This document shows positions 1 to 8,814 of a stretch of DNA of 64,000 nt, piece by piece. Within the stretch, counting starts at the first letter, position 1. Every line of letters begins with the position of its first letter. This stretch comes from a virus. The stretch lies in the IMG/VR virus record IMGVR_UViG_3300028902_000368. The stretch is one strand, 5' to 3'. A model generated the notes under the pieces. The model worked only from the letters and a program-made list of their open reading frames with translations. It was not told where the DNA came from and made no database searches. Position numbers and translations under genes: made by a program.

Positions 1-60
1 AGCCACCGGCCCCGACCAGCGCGACCGCCGCCACTCCGATACCGACCTTCGCCGCCGTGT

Positions 61-603
61 TCATCGCCGTCCTCCTCGGATGCGGGTCACCAACCGGCGA
101 CCCGCGAAGTTGTGCAGTTCCTGGCCCGGCGCTCCCGAGACACCGTGGATCGCGAGGGCCACGGGGATCGCGCGCGCGTGCCCGGCCGCGACCGGGCGGG
201 GGTCCGACACCGGGCCGCCGCTGATCTCGACCCAGTCGTCGACCGTCGGGTTCCACGGAGCGACGACCGATTCGACGCGGACGATGTGCGCCTCGGCCTC
301 GGGCGAGATCGAGATGACGGCGCGACCCGCCAGCACCGTGCCCTGCGTGGTCTTGGCGTAGAGGTCGGTCGAGAAGTAGCTGAGCCCCTGCTTCGCGTCC
401 GTCACCTGGGCGGGCGAGAGCGTGCTGGCGAACCACTGCGGCTTGCCGAGGACGGTGGTGCGAGGGGTCGTCGCGCCCGCCGGGAGCACCGTCACCCCAG
501 CGGGGGCGGGCTTGCGAACGGTTCGGTAGACGGCGTAGCCCACGCCGCCGCAGGCCCCGGCGATGGCCAGGGCCTTGAGGATGGTGGCGGTGCGAGGCTC
601 CAC
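61..603 (-). CDS. Membrane-anchored hypothetical protein (candidate virion protein)
   Basis: N-terminal hydrophobic helix ILKALAIAGACGGVGYAVY followed by RTVRK; GC3-rich frame. Confidence 0.7.
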   Translation of the reverse strand: MEPRTATILKALAIAGACGGVGYAVYRTVRKPAPAGVTVLPAGATTPRTTVLGKPQWFASTLSPAQVTDAKQGLSYFSTDLYAKTTQGTVLAGRAVISISPEAEAHIVRVESVVAPWNPTVDDWVEISGGPVSDPRPVAAGHARAIPVALAIHGVSGAPGQELHNFAGRRLVTRIRGGRR

Positions 604-605
604 GT

Positions 606-1049
606 TCAGGTCCCCATGCGCGTGCGCGTGCGCGTGCCGAGCTCCTGAGGGACGTACGCCGTCGGGTCGAGGACGTACACGAGCTCCTCGGGCTCGTAGT
701 AGTAGGGGTCGTAGTACCCGTAGTACGCGGGGTACGGACCACCCGGCGAGTAGACGTGGCCGCCGTGGCCGTGGTGGCCGTGACCGTGGTGGCCGTGGTG
801 ACCGTGACCGTGATGACCGCCACCACCGTGGCCGCCGTGGCCACCGTGGCCGCCGTGGCCCCCACCGTGACCGCCGTGCGGGCCGCCGACGTGCGCGCCG
901 ACGATGCGGCGGTTGCCGATGATCACCGATCGCCCGATCGCCGTGTTGCCACAGTGCGGATCGTTCGACATCTCGTGACCACTGGCAGCGCCGGTCGTCC
1001 CGTTCGCACGGGTGTGGTGCGTGTGCGCGTACTGGTTCAGCCAGGTCAT
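606..1049 (-). CDS. His/Gly-rich low-complexity protein
   Basis: GGH/GHH tandem tract followed by a Tyr/Pro-rich segment; start taken at MTWLNQ. Confidence 0.65.
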   Translation of the reverse strand: MTWLNQYAHTHHTRANGTTGAASGHEMSNDPHCGNTAIGRSVIIGNRRIVGAHVGGPHGGHGGGHGGHGGHGGHGGGGHHGHGHHGHHGHGHHGHGGHVYSPGGPYPAYYGYYDPYYYEPEELVYVLDPTAYVPQELGTRTRTRMGT

Positions 1050-1050
1050 G

Positions 1051-1944
1051 TCAGCTCGACATCTCGGCCGCACGCAGGCCGCTGTACGGGTTGAGGCCCG
1101 ACGCCATGTGCTGGGCGCCGAGACCGTTCGGGGGGTTGCGGCCCGAGGCCATGTGCTGGGCGCCGAGACCGTTCGAGGGGTTGCGACCCGAGGCCATGTC
1201 CTGCGCGCCGCGCCCCGAGTAGGGGTTCACGCCCGAGGCCATGTCCTGCGCGCCACGCCCCGAGTAGGGGTTCACGCCCGCGGACATGTCGCTCGGCCAG
1301 AGGCCCTGGCGAGCACCGTTCGACGGGTGCATGCGGTCGACGCGCGACCCGGCCCAGCCCGCCTGGTCGCCCAGCGAGATCGGGAAGGGAGCGTAGGGAC
1401 CCCAGCCCGAGGCCATGTCCTGCGCGCCGCGCCCCGAGTAGGGGTTGATGCCCGCCGAGATCGCCTGGACGGCCGCCGGGCTGATCACGAACTCGAACGA
1501 GCAGCGGCCGTCCGTGCAGGCTTCGAGGCACTGCCGGAGGAGGTCGAGCTGCTTGCGCGCGTTCGGGTCGCCGTCGTGCTCCGCGCGCTTGTGGAGGTCC
1601 ACGATGGCGAGCGTCGCGCGGGGGTCGTGGTTCATCGCCGCCGAGCAGAGACGCATGCCCGCCTTGAAGGCGTCGAACGCTTCCGCCATCTGGGCGACGA
1701 TCGGCGCGTTCTGCGGCGCGCTGAGCGAGTCGAGCACGCTGTCGAGGCACATGTCGCGCGAGCGCACGCGGCACTCGCTGCTCGCGACCGGCGCGTCAGC
1801 ACCCGTCATCGCCATCATGTCCTTGGTGTCGATGCAGGTGATGATCTCGAGCGGCTCCGGGCAGTACGGGCTCTTGACGAGGGCGATGGCGCACCACGTG
1901 GTGCCCATCCGCTGGAAACGCAGGTCGATCTTGATCGTCTTCAT
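1051..1944 (-). CDS. Hypothetical protein with 15-aa C-terminal repeats
   Basis: Repeats of the (S/A)GxNPYSGRGAQDMA type; abuts both neighbours. Confidence 0.75.
   Translation of the reverse strand: MKTIKIDLRFQRMGTTWCAIALVKSPYCPEPLEIITCIDTKDMMAMTGADAPVASSECRVRSRDMCLDSVLDSLSAPQNAPIVAQMAEAFDAFKAGMRLCSAAMNHDPRATLAIVDLHKRAEHDGDPNARKQLDLLRQCLEACTDGRCSFEFVISPAAVQAISAGINPYSGRGAQDMASGWGPYAPFPISLGDQAGWAGSRVDRMHPSNGARQGLWPSDMSAGVNPYSGRGAQDMASGVNPYSGRGAQDMASGRNPSNGLGAQHMASGRNPPNGLGAQHMASGLNPYSGLRAAEMSS
1087..1320 (-). repeat. 45-nt in-frame tandem repeats (about 5 copies, further copy near 1400-1450)
   Basis: Units like gggttcacgcccgaggccatgtcctgcgcgccacgccccgagtag with 45-nt period. Confidence 0.85.
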
Positions 1945-1945
1945 C

Positions 1946-2923
1946 TCAGGCTCCCCTCATGGCGCTCAACGGCAGACGAACGACTTGGCCCGGAACCCAC
2001 GGGCGGAGCCCCTGGGGCGTGAGGGCGATCTGCGGGTTGGCCTTGCGCAGCGCCGCGTACTGGCCGTCGGGCCCCGCGAACGACATCGCGAGCTTCTTGG
2101 CCTCCTTCTGGTCGCGTGGCACGAGCAGCGCGGCGCCACTCGTCACCGACTCGAGCGCCTTGTTGCCCTTGAGGTCCGCCGCCTTCTTGTTCAGGAGCAC
2201 CGCGGCCGCGGGGTAGTTCGCCTCGAGATCCTTCGCGACCGCCTCGATGTCGGTCGGGTTCGCGTCGGGCTTGGCGAGCACCGCCTGGACCTTCTGGGCC
2301 AGGTCCTGCGGCATCCCCGAGTAGGGGTCCGCGTTCGGCTTGAGGACCTGCTGCGCCGTCGACGGCAGGGCGAGGCCCGGCTGCGTGAAGCCCGGCATCG
2401 CCGGCAGCGACGGCATCGTTCCGACGCCCTTGGGGTCCGCGCGCACCATGATCGCCCACCCGCCGCCCTGCTTGGCCGCGAGCGTGTCCTTGGTGAACTT
2501 TAGGTCCTTCTCCTTGCCGTCCGCCGTCATGATCGACGGGCGCGCGAGCACGTTGAAGCCCGCGAGCGCCGCCGAGACCGCGAAGTCCTTCGCCGAGGCT
2601 CCGGGGGGGATCGGGCGGCCGTCGGGGGTCGGCATGATCTTGAAGATCGTGGCGTCGCTGCCGCTCGGCATGATGAGCTGGCTCGTGAGCCAGTCGAGCA
2701 CGCCGAGGCCGTCCTTCGACCGGAACTCCACCGCGCCATCGGGCGCGACCTGGAAGTGCCCACGCGGGGCGCCGTCGAGGTCCGCGAGCAGCGGGAGCGT
2801 CGAGTAGCCGGGGCTCACGGGGTGCTTGCGGCGGTAGAGGTAGACGCCCAGCGCCACACCGACCGCGCCAAGGCCGGTCACCACCGCTGCGGTCTTCAAG
2901 GTCGAGTGCTTGTCTTCGTACAT
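1946..2923 (-). CDS. Membrane-anchored hypothetical protein (candidate virion protein)
   Basis: TM helix AAVVTGLGAVGVALGVYLY followed by RRK. Confidence 0.75.
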   Translation of the reverse strand: MYEDKHSTLKTAAVVTGLGAVGVALGVYLYRRKHPVSPGYSTLPLLADLDGAPRGHFQVAPDGAVEFRSKDGLGVLDWLTSQLIMPSGSDATIFKIMPTPDGRPIPPGASAKDFAVSAALAGFNVLARPSIMTADGKEKDLKFTKDTLAAKQGGGWAIMVRADPKGVGTMPSLPAMPGFTQPGLALPSTAQQVLKPNADPYSGMPQDLAQKVQAVLAKPDANPTDIEAVAKDLEANYPAAAVLLNKKAADLKGNKALESVTSGAALLVPRDQKEAKKLAMSFAGPDGQYAALRKANPQIALTPQGLRPWVPGQVVRLPLSAMRGA

Positions 2924-2953
2924 GGGACGGGAATCCTTCGGTGGGGGGAGCGC

Positions 2954-3406
2954 TCAGCCCATGCCGAGACGCTTGCTGGGGTCTTCGATGGACCCATCAG
3001 GGAGCTGGACCACGATGTGGTAAAGCGTTCCGCCGTCGGGCAGGTAGCGCCACACGAAGACAGGATACGCCGCGATGCCGTGGAAGATGTACCAAGCGGC
3101 AAGGTACGCCGCGAGGTCTTCGCAGTCCGCACCACGACCCTTCCGGGCCTCGTCGTTGACGCAGAGGATGTCGAGCCAGTCTTCCTGGCCATCGGGCTCG
3201 GCTTGGTACCAGGTGCCGCACTTGTACGGGTGCTGGATCTCGCCCGGGTCCGCGTGCTCTAGGATGTCGAGGTTGTCCTCGACCATGCACCAGAGGTGGC
3301 GCAACAGCGTGCGCTCGCGGAGCGTCCGACGATGCGGAGCGTCCCGGTCACCCGAGAAGACGCCAAGGACGTGTGTGACCCGATACCCGATGCTGTCGGC
3401 GGCCAT
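2954..3406 (-). CDS. Transglutaminase-like (papain-fold) Cys protein
   Basis: GADCEDLAAY ... YHIVVQ ... IEDPS gives a candidate Cys-His-Asp triad. Confidence 0.6.
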   Translation of the reverse strand: MAADSIGYRVTHVLGVFSGDRDAPHRRTLRERTLLRHLWCMVEDNLDILEHADPGEIQHPYKCGTWYQAEPDGQEDWLDILCVNDEARKGRGADCEDLAAYLAAWYIFHGIAAYPVFVWRYLPDGGTLYHIVVQLPDGSIEDPSKRLGMG

Positions 3407-3420
3407 TCAAGTCTCCCGAG

Positions 3421-3472
3421 GAAAAGCAAAGCCCCTCGCACCGCCCTTGGGGGAGCGAGGCGAGGGGCTTGA
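3421..3472 (-). terminator. Intrinsic terminator downstream of the 189-aa gene
   Basis: Minus-strand stem AAGCCCCTCGC/GCGAGGGGCTT followed by TGCTTTTCC. Confidence 0.6.
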
Positions 3473-3517
3473 CCGCCGGACCGAAGCCCGGCGGGGGGCG
3501 TCCCTTGCGGGGGTGGT

Positions 3518-4087
3518 TCAGCGGACCGCGCGGCCGAACATCGCGGCCCGGAAGGTCACCGGGTTGCCGCTGATGTTGCGGAGCGAGAGGCTGATCGTGA
3601 TGCCGGGCTCGGCGGTGTCGTACAGGGTACCGACGCCGACCGCGACCTCGCTGAAGCAGCGGGCCGGGACCGGACCGGACGCCGAGAACTGGCTCTGCGT
3701 GCCGATGCGGATGTCGTCGACCACGAGCGAGCCCGCGATGTCCGACTGGATCACGAACCGCTCGCAGCGGAACAGGGTCTGCGGGAGGACCTGGATGGTC
3801 GCCGCGCTGTTCGCCGGGATCACGGTCTCGGGGAACGGCAGGGTGAGGGTCCGGCTGTCGAGGGGCTCACGGGCCACGACGACGCTGGCGTTGCGGGCGG
3901 CCAGCTCGCGGACCATCGCGGTCTGGGCGGACTGGGGGGCGAGGGCCTGGGCCAGCGAGGGGGCGCGGGCCTGGATGGTCGCCAGCGCGTTGGCCAGCTC
4001 CGCGTCGTCCGCGCCGATGGCGAGGCCGCGGGCGTGGTGGCGGTAGCCCAGCGCGAGGTCGGCTCCGACGATGTCGTGGTAGCTCAT
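3518..4087 (-). CDS. All-beta protein, candidate single jelly-roll major capsid protein
   Basis: About 110-aa C-terminal domain of alternating beta-strands; located in the membrane-protein module and followed by a terminator. Fold is inferred, not demonstrated. Confidence 0.45.
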   Translation of the reverse strand: MSYHDIVGADLALGYRHHARGLAIGADDAELANALATIQARAPSLAQALAPQSAQTAMVRELAARNASVVVAREPLDSRTLTLPFPETVIPANSAATIQVLPQTLFRCERFVIQSDIAGSLVVDDIRIGTQSQFSASGPVPARCFSEVAVGVGTLYDTAEPGITISLSLRNISGNPVTFRAAMFGRAVR

Positions 4088-4186
4088 GCTCGAAACTCCT
4101 TCAGGGTGTTGTCTGTGTGCTTGGTTTCGTGACTGTTGCGCGCTGGTGAGAAAACTCTCCGTGGCTCAGACGGAGGGTCGGACGTA

Positions 4187-4699
4187 CTACCGCTGGGCAG
4201 CCAGACGCGCGGCCTCGGTGGCCGAGAGCGCGCCGCCCCCCGTGATGTTGTGACGGGGGACTGCGCCACCGATCACATCGTGACGGGGGGTCGCCAGACC
4301 CACTCCGTAACCCTTGCTCGCGGCCGGCACGGAAGCCGGTGCAGCCGTCGCCGGGCGGTGGCTGAGGCCGAGGCCCGCGAAATACTTGAACGCCATGCCG
4401 CCGAGGAGCGCGGTGCCACCGTTGACCATGCAGCGGTCGGCGACGGGCGGGCCCTCGAGCACCATGTTGGCGAGCGCGCCCACGTACAGGGCGAGGACGC
4501 CGTACAGTTCGAGGGGCGCCCCGAGGAACTTCGGGTTGTTCAAGCGGCCACTCATGTAGCCCTGGCCCGCGAGCACGAGGACGGTCGCGCCCTCCTCGGC
4601 CGCCACGTTCAGCGGGTTCTCCACGTACCCGAGCACCGCGTTCGCCCGGGCGAGGGCGTGACGTGCAGCTTGGTTCATTGCGGTGACGCTCTCGGCCAT
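4187..4699 (-). CDS. Hydrophobic protein with 2-3 predicted TM segments
   Basis: ELYGVLALYVGALANMVL and GTALLGGMAFKYFAGLG. Confidence 0.7.
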   Translation of the reverse strand: MAESVTAMNQAARHALARANAVLGYVENPLNVAAEEGATVLVLAGQGYMSGRLNNPKFLGAPLELYGVLALYVGALANMVLEGPPVADRCMVNGGTALLGGMAFKYFAGLGLSHRPATAAPASVPAASKGYGVGLATPRHDVIGGAVPRHNITGGGALSATEAARLAAQR

Positions 4700-4813
4700 T
4701 GCTCCTCCGACGTTGTGAACGATCAGAGAGAATCATGCGGCACGAGAGTGGTCAAAGGCAAAAGTGACCTTGCCTCAGACGCTACTTCTGCTTTTCTAGC
4801 GCAGAATCAATCG

Positions 4814-5032
4814 CTATTCCGTCGTCTTCGCAGCCTTCTTCTCACGCTTCTTTGGCGCGATGCGCGTGCGATTCTCCTGCGTCAGACGCCGAATGAGGCG
4901 CTGCGCGTCCTTCTTCGCCGCACGTTTCCACTCCTCCGGACGCTTCTCGTCGACGTCGATGACGCGGCTCAGGTGCGCCAGTTGCTGCACAAAACGCAGG
5001 TAGTCGTTGACGGGCTTGGGGGCACGGGGCAT
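4814..5032 (-). CDS. Small basic hypothetical protein
   Basis: MPRAPKPVNDYLRF...; Lys/Arg-rich. Confidence 0.5.
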   Translation of the reverse strand: MPRAPKPVNDYLRFVQQLAHLSRVIDVDEKRPEEWKRAAKKDAQRLIRRLTQENRTRIAPKKREKKAAKTTE

Positions 5033-5109
5033 CTGTTTTCCTGCTGCTTTCGCGGTCAGCCGCCCTCGCGGGTAGCGTTCCCGATACGGTGCATTCGGTA
5101 CCGCTACAC

Positions 5110-5158
5110 TGTCAAGCATTGGCAATCGTTGACAATGTACGGTTCCGAACCGTAGGCT
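5110..5158. promoter_or_regulatory. Divergent sigma70-like promoter region with a 15-bp palindrome
   Basis: TTGACA at 5129-5134 (+) and 5110-5115 (-); palindrome ACGGTTCCGAACCGT at 5139-5153. Confidence 0.5.
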
Positions 5159-5165
5159 TTTTTTC

Positions 5166-6131
5166 GTGGCACCAGAGCCCGAGACCTTGCCGCGTGATAC
5201 GGCCGTCGTTCGACGCGATCAGATTTTTGTCGATCATGGTCGGAATCTGTCCCGTGGAGGCCGCGCGATTGACCCTGCGGCACCGAGCACGCTCGAACTC
5301 GCCATCGAGATCGGGAGTCACGGGCAGCACATGCCGGTCAGCGTGCGGCGGATCCCGCCCCGCAAGGACGGGGCGATCTACCGGCTGATCGCTGGATATC
5401 GCCGCATGACGGCGATGGACGTCCTCCACAAGGACCGCCGCGACTACCCCGTGTTCGTCGTGTTCAGCAACGCGCTGACCGACTTCGACGAGGCCGTCGA
5501 GAACTTCGCCGAGAACAGCCAGCTGCCACCGAAGGACTTCGAGCTCGCCGAGGGCGTGTCGCTGCTCCGCGTGCAGCACGGCCTCTCCCTCGAGAAGGCT
5601 GTGGAACTGATCTTTAGCCGGCAGAACGTGAACAACGCTTCGGCGACCCGCATCGCCAAGGCGACCGTGGCCTGGGAGAGCCTCATCCAGCCGCTCCGGG
5701 AGCTGTGGCGCAAGAACACGCCCATGTTCCAGCTCTCGGAGGCCCACAAGCTCGCCAACTACGCGCCCGTCGAGCAGGAGCAGTGGCTTGAGCAGCTGAT
5801 CTCCAACAACGAGCCCGACCCGGTGAAGGTGCGCATCGGCAGCGCTGCGTTCGGCAGCAAGCCCGAGAAGCCGCCCCTCGAGATCGCGCGTCGCCCCACC
5901 AAGAGCCGCATCAACCGCGCCTTCCTCTCCCTCAAGACCGGCGAGGGCGACCCGCACAACGACGGCCTGACGCCCGAGGAGCGGCGCATCACCGTCAAGC
6001 TCCTCCGCTGGATCCTCGGCGTGCCCGTCGATGGCAAGGCGCCGAGATGTCCCATCCGTGGACGGGCGTTCGGGAAGAAGGACGCCGACGACTCTCTCGA
6101 AGACACGAGTGGTGTGGTGGAGGACCAATGA
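5166..6131 (+). CDS. ParB/Spo0J-like protein
   Basis: GQHMPVSVR...YRLIAGYRRMTA...ENFAEN matches the ParB N-terminal domain; HTH-like segment follows. Confidence 0.8.
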   Translation: MAPEPETLPRDTAVVRRDQIFVDHGRNLSRGGRAIDPAAPSTLELAIEIGSHGQHMPVSVRRIPPRKDGAIYRLIAGYRRMTAMDVLHKDRRDYPVFVVFSNALTDFDEAVENFAENSQLPPKDFELAEGVSLLRVQHGLSLEKAVELIFSRQNVNNASATRIAKATVAWESLIQPLRELWRKNTPMFQLSEAHKLANYAPVEQEQWLEQLISNNEPDPVKVRIGSAAFGSKPEKPPLEIARRPTKSRINRAFLSLKTGEGDPHNDGLTPEERRITVKLLRWILGVPVDGKAPRCPIRGRAFGKKDADDSLEDTSGVVEDQ

Positions 6132-6433
6132 CCCGCGAAGAACAGCAAGCGATCCTGATGCGCGCCTCCCGGATCCTGACTCCGATCCAGAGCGCGCTCG
6201 GGACCATCAAGATCCAGCAGGGCCGTTCGGAGAAGACTCTCTCGGCAGAGGAGTTCGATCGGCACTTCGAGGTCGCCTCGAACACCGCGTTCCTCAGCCT
6301 CTTCGTCGCCAAGTCGCTCGAGCTCGGACTCACGCTCGAGGAGATGCAGCACAACGTCGCGACCATCTACAAGCGGCACATGGACGTCATCCAGAGCCAG
6401 CAGCGGAGCGGCAAGAAGCCTGACGGCGGATGA
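6128..6433 (+). CDS. Hypothetical protein
   Basis: ATGA overlap with the ParB-like gene; GC3-rich frame. Confidence 0.7.
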   Translation: MTREEQQAILMRASRILTPIQSALGTIKIQQGRSEKTLSAEEFDRHFEVASNTAFLSLFVAKSLELGLTLEEMQHNVATIYKRHMDVIQSQQRSGKKPDGG

Positions 6434-6999
6434 CCCCTGTGCACTGGACCGAGCGCATCGTCCTCGACGAGGCGACGGCGCAGCAACTGGCCGAAGGCCT
6501 CTCCGAAGCGTTCGGTCTTCATCGCTCGCGCATCCCGATCCCTGTCGTCGAGTCCATCGACGACCGCGTGTACGGTGAGATCGTGATCGGCGATGGGTTC
6601 GTGCGCTTCGACATGCAGCACACGCTCTACCGGCCCGCCATCTCGTGGCTGTCCTCGACACGCATGGTGCTCGCGCACGCTCGCGACCTGCTCGATCACT
6701 GGTCACAACTCGAGCACCGCCCAGGCCTCGAGCTGGCCCTCCTCTACAACACCGGCCTCACGCACACGCCCACGTGCATCGAGCGCGTCGAGAAAGCGTT
6801 CCGCAACGGCGGGTCCGTCCTCGAGCCATGGGAGCCGATGGGCGGAGACCCGATCGGACTCGGGGTCGGCCCGCAGAGCATCATGCTCCGCGGCGTTGCC
6901 GACGATGGCGACTGCGTCGTCACGATGACGAATCTGCGTGCCGAGCAGACCTTCCTGCGGACGCGGGTGTTCGGGCTGACGCAGGACAACCGGCACTGA
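6430..6999 (+). CDS. Hypothetical protein
   Basis: ATGA overlap; coding-like codon usage. Confidence 0.65.
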   Translation: MTPVHWTERIVLDEATAQQLAEGLSEAFGLHRSRIPIPVVESIDDRVYGEIVIGDGFVRFDMQHTLYRPAISWLSSTRMVLAHARDLLDHWSQLEHRPGLELALLYNTGLTHTPTCIERVEKAFRNGGSVLEPWEPMGGDPIGLGVGPQSIMLRGVADDGDCVVTMTNLRAEQTFLRTRVFGLTQDNRH

Positions 7000-7387
7000 G
7001 CGCAGTCGGCTGACGGAGCGCACGCTCGATCTCTCCACGGAGCCACTCGCTGACGCTCTGCCCCTTGGCTTGCGCGGCCGCCTTCACGGCGTGGGCCATC
7101 TCCGTCGAGATGTAGCATGCAAGGAGGGCGGTGCCCTTGGTGGTTCGATGCTTCGTCACGTAGTCCCGAGTCTTGGCTGCACACGCCGCGCAGAGCTTCT
7201 TTCCTTTGCGCACCTTTCGTTCGCAGCACTTGGTGCACAGGCCGCTCTGCAGTGCCTCCGCAACCCGCTTCGCGTGATAGCGACTCGCGTGTGCAAGGCA
7301 GGTGACGCAACGCTTTCGTCCTGGCTTCACAGGCCGCTTGTTGCACTGCGTGCAGAAGCCCTCGGGACGGTTCTTCGCGGTCGTCAT
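6920..7387 (-). CDS. Cys-rich zinc-finger protein with possible C-terminal ribbon-helix-helix
   Basis: Four CxxC pairs, then YISTEMAHAVKAAAQAKGQSVSEWLR. Confidence 0.65.
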   Translation of the reverse strand: MTTAKNRPEGFCTQCNKRPVKPGRKRCVTCLAHASRYHAKRVAEALQSGLCTKCCERKVRKGKKLCAACAAKTRDYVTKHRTTKGTALLACYISTEMAHAVKAAAQAKGQSVSEWLRGEIERALRQPTALSAGCPASARTPASAGRSARHADSSS

Positions 7388-7399
7388 CGTCTAGTCTAC

Positions 7400-7600
7400 C
7401 TACCGCCGTTTCGCGTACTTCACCGGATAGCGAGACCTGTCGGCGAGCCGACCAGCGCTTGCCTGCCACGAAACGGACGGGTCGCGACGCGGGGCGAGGC
7501 GGCTGAGGAGCAGAACGGCCACAGCGCCTCCTGCAAAAATACCGACGGTGATCAGAGTGGCTTGTTTGACGTGATCGGGGATGTCGATGTCGTTGAACAT
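7400..7600 (-). CDS. Small single-TM protein
   Basis: LITVGIFAGGAVAVLLL followed by a basic tail. Confidence 0.6.
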   Translation of the reverse strand: MFNDIDIPDHVKQATLITVGIFAGGAVAVLLLSRLAPRRDPSVSWQASAGRLADRSRYPVKYAKRR

Positions 7601-7795
7601 GCTTCAAGCTAACACGGCCGAGCGGGGCAAGCATCCTCACGACGAGCCATGGCTGCGCATGCAGGCCGGGCAGTCGTCCATGCACCACCAGCCGGACGGG
7701 TCGGACATCCAGACCATGCCGGCGGCAGCACGGATCCGGGCGTGGGCGAAGTCGCCGGAACCTCGCCAAGAGGCTGCCGGCGGTGAAGTGGGATT

Positions 7796-8197
7796 TCACG
7801 ACGAGAACCCCGCCGTGCGGAGGTCGTGCGCGAGCAGCGCCCCCGCCGTCGCGCTCGAACTGTCGGTGGCCGACTGGGCGAGGCGCCCGTTGTACGCGGC
7901 GAGCGCGGTCCTCACCTGCCGCAGAGCCACGACCATGTCGCGCAACGTCTGGCGGTCGATCGTCGTGAACAGCGCCGCGAGCGCCTCAGCGCGCCTGTCC
8001 TCGGCCTCGTGACCCGCGCGCCCCACTTTCGTGAGAACGAACTCCCACTTGGTGTCCCTGGCCGTCATGCGACCGTCGGGCTCGAGGATCGCCTCGGCGA
8101 CCTCGCAGTTCATGTCGATCTCGCGCTCCCAGTCGGGGGCAGCCTCGATGGCCTCGAACAGTTCGAGGAGGCGGGCGGCGTCGAGCGTCTCAGGCAT
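7796..8197 (-). CDS. Hypothetical protein
   Basis: Start MPETLDAARL overlapping the upstream stop. Confidence 0.65.
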   Translation of the reverse strand: MPETLDAARLLELFEAIEAAPDWEREIDMNCEVAEAILEPDGRMTARDTKWEFVLTKVGRAGHEAEDRRAEALAALFTTIDRQTLRDMVVALRQVRTALAAYNGRLAQSATDSSSATAGALLAHDLRTAGFSS

Positions 8198-8384
8198 CGT
8201 CGAGGTCCTTGTCGGTGATCGGCTTCCAGGTTTCGCAGTGCTTGCAGACCATCCACATCTGGTGCCCTGCCTTCGCCGCGGGGTGGTCGGGCTCGTTGTC
8301 GGCGAACTCCACGATCTCGAGGCTGAAGTGATGCTCCTCACCGCGACAGTCGGAGCAGCGGCGACAGCGGGTCTGGTCAGACAT
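8190..8384 (-). CDS. Small Cys-containing hypothetical protein
   Basis: CRRCSDC and CKHC motifs; overlaps both neighbours. Confidence 0.6.
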   Translation of the reverse strand: MSDQTRCRRCSDCRGEEHHFSLEIVEFADNEPDHPAAKAGHQMWMVCKHCETWKPITDKDLDDA

Positions 8385-8814
8385 GCTCGACCTCGAACGC
8401 GATGCAGTCGCACTCGGCGCAGCCTCGTGAGCTAGGATACTCGACCGTCGGCGCGTGCTCCTCGACGGAGTGCCCGCAGGCGCAGGCAGAAGTCGGCGGC
8501 TCGGCCCACTCGAACGCATGCTGCTCCTTGCCGTCGGGGAACACCACCGTCACCGGATTGAGCTTGAACAGCCCCCCACCCGCGTAGGTGCATGGGCCCG
8601 TCTTCGTCTTGTCGAACGCTTCCTTGGAACCAGGGATCCATCTGCCGATGCACGAGAAGGCGAAGCTCGCCTCCGGCATTCCGACGGCTTTCATCTCCGC
8701 GATCGTCTGTGGATGCTTGCAGACGGGGCAGACCACCTGCCAAGCATCGGTGTCCGCACCGAAACGCTCGATGGCCTCGGCGTACCAGTCCTTGACCGTC
8801 ACTCTACGTGCCAT
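8377..8814 (-). CDS. VVA0879-like Cys-rich phage protein
   Basis: ERFG..AWQVVCPVC...FSCIGR...C.YAGGGLF pattern; family name from recollection. Confidence 0.55.
   Translation of the reverse strand: MARRVTVKDWYAEAIERFGADTDAWQVVCPVCKHPQTIAEMKAVGMPEASFAFSCIGRWIPGSKEAFDKTKTGPCTYAGGGLFKLNPVTVVFPDGKEQHAFEWAEPPTSACACGHSVEEHAPTVEYPSSRGCAECDCIAFEVEHV

Noticed and set aside
7630-7798. TGA readthrough extending 7796-8197 into a Cys/Trp-rich tail
   Set aside because: The frame looks coding, but no TGA-suppressor or Sec tRNA was found and other genes use TGA as a normal stop; an unrecognised small gene is as likely.
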